Assembly (NCBI GenBank): GCA_020536535.1
Contig: JAHLWZ010000187.1
Span: 193,455 to 257,454, forward strand
Source: Pelomyxa schiedti
Taxonomy: Eukaryota; Protista; Evosea
Direction of reading: 5' to 3'
Length of the DNA stretch: 64,000 bases
Made by a program: the position numbers and the translations under genes. Position 1 is the first letter of the stretch. Each line of letters starts with the position of its first letter. The notes beneath the pieces are model-generated. The model was not told the origin of the DNA. It saw only the letters and a program-made list of their open reading frames with translations, and made no database searches. Below, piece after piece: positions 51,171-64,000 of the stretch.

Positions 51171-53345
51171 ATGGCAGGCACAACGGTGAACGCTGTTATA
51201 GAGACGGTTGTTGGTTACTCGTTGTTTAGTGTCACAGACCTTGGGGACTCTTACAGGTTGGGTTTAACGCTTGATTGCCTCCAATTCTAACGTACAGCAA
51301 CAAAACCAAAAAATTAAAAAAAATAAATCACAGGGTCGACTTGCTGGGTACCCATAACTTTGCTGATGACGAAGAGGTGTTGGTTGAGTTGAAGAGCGTG
51401 ACCGAGGGAGAGCTGGGGCCGTCGTTGAGGAGCTTCTTGTCAAGTGTTGCCGCTCCTGCGTGCCGAGAGACTGGCGCTCCGATGTCTGTGAGTGGGGCTT
51501 CTCTCGCTCACTTTGTGTCTTCTGAGCTGGGCATCACTTGTGCTTCATCGGCCGTGTCTCTGGAAGTGGAAAGGTGTGTGACTTAATTTTTTTTCGGTTT
51601 TTTTTTTCCTCCCCCTTTGCATTGGGTTGGTTGATTTGTGTCCTTGGTTTGATTTGTTCACTCCCCTCTTTTGGGACTTAACTGTTCTGTCAGGAGTATT
51701 CGGCAGTCACTAGACCAGTTGCTTCCTGAAAGTTGCAGTGTTTCTAGAGTTGTATCTCTGGCTGTCAAGTTGTACAGTGAACTGCTTGATCGCTACCCAG
51801 CGGCAGAAGAAGAAAACTCTGAGAGTGAGCCTAACCACGAAGAGGAACGGGAGAATGATGGCCTCCAGTGGGGAGAAAATGCAGAGGGAGATGAATGGCA
51901 GGAAGGTGCAGATGAATTTGATTGGTACGAGGACATCGAAGAAGAGCAGGAAGGGGAGTGCGCGCAATATGAAACTCTCTGCGGTCTGAATTTCCAGTGT
52001 AGTGATGGACACACCACAACCGCTTCCTCGGTCAATGATCCTTGCACAGAAGAACTGAAAGATATACACACCCTACCATCATTAGAACAGGAGCCACTGC
52101 CCTGTGCCCTCATTCTTTTTGAAACCTCTGCAGGTTACGCATTATTTGATGTGGCTAGCAAGGAAGGCGAACTGGCTATGTGAGTGTTTTAAATTTCACA
52201 CTTTATGCTGAGATCCTTCCAGAATATCCTTGAACTCTTTGCGTGAATTCCCAAGTTTGGAAGTAGCGTTGGAAGAATTCTGCTCTATTGAGAAGGGGGA
52301 AATTGGAGCCCTGTTGCTTCAGTTTATAAATGATACTGTGATTCCCAGCGCCAAGCTGCTTGACCGACCGGTTGGTGTTGCAGAGTACAAGCTGGCTACA
52401 GCTCTCCGAGGACTTGGGTTGGACTGCTACTGTACCTGTGCTGTGGCTGAAATGTGCAGGTAAAAGCAAGCCATTTTTGAGAAGGGAGCATTACCATTTT
52501 TGTAATTAGGGAGATACGAGAACAACTTAGCAAATTCATCCCACAGTTCAAAGATACGACATTGGCCCTCTCACATGCAGCAGCTACAGCAAAAATCATC
52601 ACTTTACCAAGGAATGAATGTGAAGAAACCCTTAGTTTGTCGAAGCACCCACTACTTCTATTTGTGACCTTTTTCCCCAAGAAAAAATTGAGTCTTTGGA
52701 GCAAAGTATTTCATCAGAGTTTTCATCCCTAGTTGATATGTCCTGGGATTACTTCCCAGAGCTCATTTACATCATTTCTGATCCTGAACTTTTCTGCAAT
52801 GTTCTTAAGCGCCTTGGTATAGCAACATTCATTTCTTTTTCCTTTCTAACTTGTTTCAGACTTCCAAGATGACATTTCTGAAATTGATTTGTCAGATATT
52901 CTGAACCCCGACTTGGAGGCCTACGTCAAGGAGGCAGCTTTCTTCAGTGATGGATGTGCTTTTCTTCCAGCCAGTAGAGGGGAATGCCTGGCCAATATTG
53001 ATTCAATTTTAAGCCTCATCACCACAAAGTAATACTGATATCCCGCCGATTGACTGACCATATCAAAAAGGAGGGAGTTACAACAACGTGTGGAATTGGC
53101 ACAACAACACGCCGGACCAGTGAAAAAAGGTTTTTCCTTTGTTTCCAACAATCCCTCACAAACCAAACAGCACTAGACACTGAGGCAATTCTGGCAGCAG
53201 AAAAAGCCTTGTTTGCTGCCCTGAAAAGAAATCCAGAAAGGTCTGTCTCACAAAGTTTTTATTCGTTTTAATTGTGAAACACAAAGTGCCGGATTGGAGT
53301 TTTCCAAGCTTACTGGCTTCACGGAAAATATGGACTTATCTTAAC
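51171..53345 (+). CDS. Divergent Nop56/Nop58-like protein with duplicated N-terminal domain; 3' end uncertain
   Basis: Two copies of the Nop5 N-terminal module (VIETVVGYSLF...EGELGPSLRSFL...ER|SIRQSLDQLLP and LFETSAGYALF...KGEIGALLLQFI...VGVAEYKLA...CR|EIREQLSKFIP), then YFPELIYIISD, ILAAEKALFAALK and KYGLI. Confidence 0.72.
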
Positions 53346-53501
53346 CCTGTTTGAAACAAGGGAAGATAAAGAAAAAGAATATTTCCCTTTTTTCCTTTTT
53401 GCTGTAACAAAGAGACATATTGTCCGGGGTTTTAATTTTGTTGTATTTGGTGGCATCTGTGTTGCCCACCACCACATTCCATTATTTTACCAGCACAACG
53501 T

Positions 53502-54100
53502 ATGGTAAGATCTGGCTGTGCGTTTGTGGGGGTGTTACGGGACTGTGTGTGGTGGGTTGGTGACAATCTCGTGAAGCCACTTTTTGTGAGAGGATTGTAC
53601 ATTTCCACACAGACATCGAGGGCGAGATTGGTTGCTTTGTTGGCGTGTGTGGCATTGTTTGCGGGGGGTCTGTCGGCATTTGTCACGTGCTTCTCGCCCG
53701 AGAGCGATTTCAGTTCAGCAGCACTCAGCAGCTGCGGTTTCGTCAACAGCGGAAACAGCACCAGCGAGTCGCTGAATCACACCAGTAATAGCCGTACAAA
53801 CTGCGGAAATAGCCGGGAAGAGAAGTACGAGTGGTGGCACTGGATGACTGGAGGGTGGGTGAAAGGCGCGTGCATGGCGGGTACGTGGGCATGGAGTATT
53901 GCACTCTTTGTGTTCTCATTGGAGAAGCCACTGTGGAAATGTGCAACCTGTTTCAGGCAGTGCGTTGTGTGCCTCGGAACGCCTTACTATCATTCCCGCG
54001 ATCAAGATATTGACTTGGAACTTACAGACCAGGATGGTGGGTGTTTGCTTCTTTCTAATACATAGATGCAGCAGGCTCAAGGCTAAACGCGAACAGATGA
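53502..54100 (+). CDS. Hypothetical small membrane protein, two exons
   Basis: 187-aa ORF with two hydrophobic segments; GT-AG intron near 54037-54065 gives a short last exon ending TGA at 54100. Confidence 0.45.
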
Positions 54101-54689
54101 ATACAGTGTGCAAGAAATTTCCAGACGCGTTGGTAGAACTAAGGCGGTACTATACACACTTTGTGCACTGCCTTTGATCATGGAGTGGTCAACGCTGCTA
54201 GGAGGCATACTGCTTGTCTTGTCTGCCGGTATGACTTCTGTCCTCGCTTCCACTTGTTGACTTCGATACTTGCACATAGTGTTGAGGTTCGTTCATCCAC
54301 TGAGGCACTGACAGGCTGTAATTATCACCCCTGTTACTCCAATAGACTATTTTGCTAAATGCCATTCGACCAGTAATTCTACATCACTTCCTGTGGTAGT
54401 AGATGCTGCACAAATATCAACGTGGGCAGGTAAATTTGGCTAGACAGGTGACTCTAACGAGTAGTTACGACACACATGGCACCATGAAAAATGGGTCACT
54501 GTGAACGCCATTGTACACCCGAAAAACACGTTGTGCGGTTTGTAAGGAGGCACCGTCGTGTCCAGGTTGGTTCCTCAGTCCAAAAAACTCTGGGAAGTCC
54601 CCAGATTACCGCATAGTTGTGGCGAGTGCGTTGTTGCTGCTGCTGCATTGGCGTTGGCACAGGGCGGTGAATAGGAGTTCAGTAAGTAC

Positions 54690-55177
54690 TTCAGCCAACT
54701 ATTAATTTACACTCACTTTTGCTTTTGATATCTAGGCCGTTTCCAGAGCACTCTCAATCCCAGCGGGGGATAAAATGGGGAATGAGCCTCTTGTGCTCAG
54801 CACCACCCTCACTGAGTGAGGGTGATTGTGAGGGCGATTCCCTTTCAAAAGCCAAAATCCAACTAGTATATTTGGCCGGGCAGCAAAGGCATTATTATTG
54901 AGTGCAAAGCATGCAAGGTTCAAGAAGTGACTTGGAGTGTGGGTGACTTGGAGTGTGGTGAGGTCAGCGACTCTGAGGGATGGATGGATGGGAAAAGATT
55001 TGGGAAGCTCGGGATTCAATTCAAGCACTCAATTACAGCAAAAATCGGGCAGCAGTCTTCAAACCCAGTAGGTTCAGCCAACTATTAATTTACACTCACT
55101 TTTGCTTTTGATATCTAGGCCGTTTCCAGAGCACTCTCAATCCCAGCGGGGGATAAAATGGGGAATGAGCCTCTTGT
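54690..55177. repeat. Pair of identical 105-bp direct repeats (54690-54794 and 55073-55177) around a 278-bp spacer
   Basis: ttcagccaactattaatttacactc...gggaatgagcctcttgt occurs twice with no mismatch seen; spacer holds a tandem gtgacttggagtgtgg x2. Confidence 0.95.
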
Positions 55178-56008
55178 TTGGTGTGGCTTGAAAGCACGTG
55201 GCGCCTTCGGCTGCTTGCCGATGAAAAAAAAAGAAAATAGATTTTTTCCCCTCCTTTTAGTCTATCAGTGTGGTGTATTTTCGGGTCTGGGTTGTGACTT
55301 ACGGAATGGCTAGAATAGAGAAGCGGTGTAGAAACGAATGAATACATGGATACTGTGTTGTGACTGGTGATGTGTCGAGATAATATGTATCAGTGAGATA
55401 CTAGTAACCGTGCGACATTTCTCTTCTGGAACAAGATAGTCTCAAAGAAACTCGAAATAGCATAAAATTGTGCTCAGTTGCACTGCCGTGGCTGATTGTA
55501 TCACTGGTATTATTGATTGAACCTCCCCGAGTACCAGGGAATTAATTTATGACGTACCACTTCGCTGAGGAAGAGTTAAGCAGCCTGAGGTTTGTCAATG
55601 GCAAAGAGTAGGTAGTAATAATCATATATCGCGTGTCTAGTGCCGATGGAAAAGAGATACCCATTGAAAATCCGAGGGTTGAAGTAGGGAAAACCACACA
55701 AACGAAAACAGGACGTAGGAACAGTTGATGGTTCTTACGTGGGGAATTGTTTCGTTGAGGACTAAGGAGTGCACACAAACCCATTTATGAAGATTTGCCT
55801 TTCAAATGAAACTGCCTCTCTCGTCATGCCAAAGGCATGGGGGTGCTGTGTCGCGCTCATTTTGTTTGTAGTTGCCAGCATTTCTCGGTGTTACTGTTGA
55901 TCCATACTTTCTCATCGTCGTGGCACAAAATGACAGGAACCACACGCCCACCAAGAGGGGTGTTTCGAATTTCTGGTTGCAACGGGCATAAAAAAAAACA
56001 AGCGAAAA

Positions 56009-64000
<7,992 letters not shown>

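Noticed and set aside
54101-54660. Cys-rich short ORFs as a RING or zinc finger gene
   Set aside because: Cys/His spacing fits no finger I recognise and no coherent exon chain could be built
54690-55177. LTR retrotransposon call
   Set aside because: No TG..CA termini, TSD or coding capacity seen; kept only as a direct repeat

Overview
Gene-dense eukaryotic DNA with many short (about 40-200 nt) GT-AG introns, so the six-frame ORF track shows only fragments; genes were reassembled by reading across introns by eye and internal exon boundaries are approximate. Gene content and style (Entamoeba-type transmembrane kinase, kinase-Sel1 gene, ARSQF..RCG..SP orphan family) suggest an amoebozoan, probably an archamoeba like Pelomyxa (inference). 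In order: cullin 3' end, NAPE-PLD, TENT5/FAM46 nucleotidyltransferase, PINK1-like kinase with a Sel1 array, a decayed P-element-like transposase, a Rho-like/Kelch/F-box/Hint fusion gene, NDP kinase, a vWA-small GTPase fusion, a 100-N gap, an orphan membrane gene, MCM7, a CHY zinc finger, a receptor kinase with a solute-binding-protein-like ectodomain, a secreted unknown, MED12 head-to-head with Rab1, an orphan gene with an inverted pseudocopy, a divergent Nop56/58 paralogue, a 105-bp direct repeat and pecanex (5' end outside the window). The best candidate for an undescribed system is the spliced gene at 13233-16846, which joins a pseudo-GTPase, a Kelch propeller and an F-box to an apparently intact Vint-type Hint autoprocessing domain. 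Also notable are CpG-free repeat relics versus CpG-rich gene 5' ends, and introns with poly-A rather than polypyrimidine acceptors.
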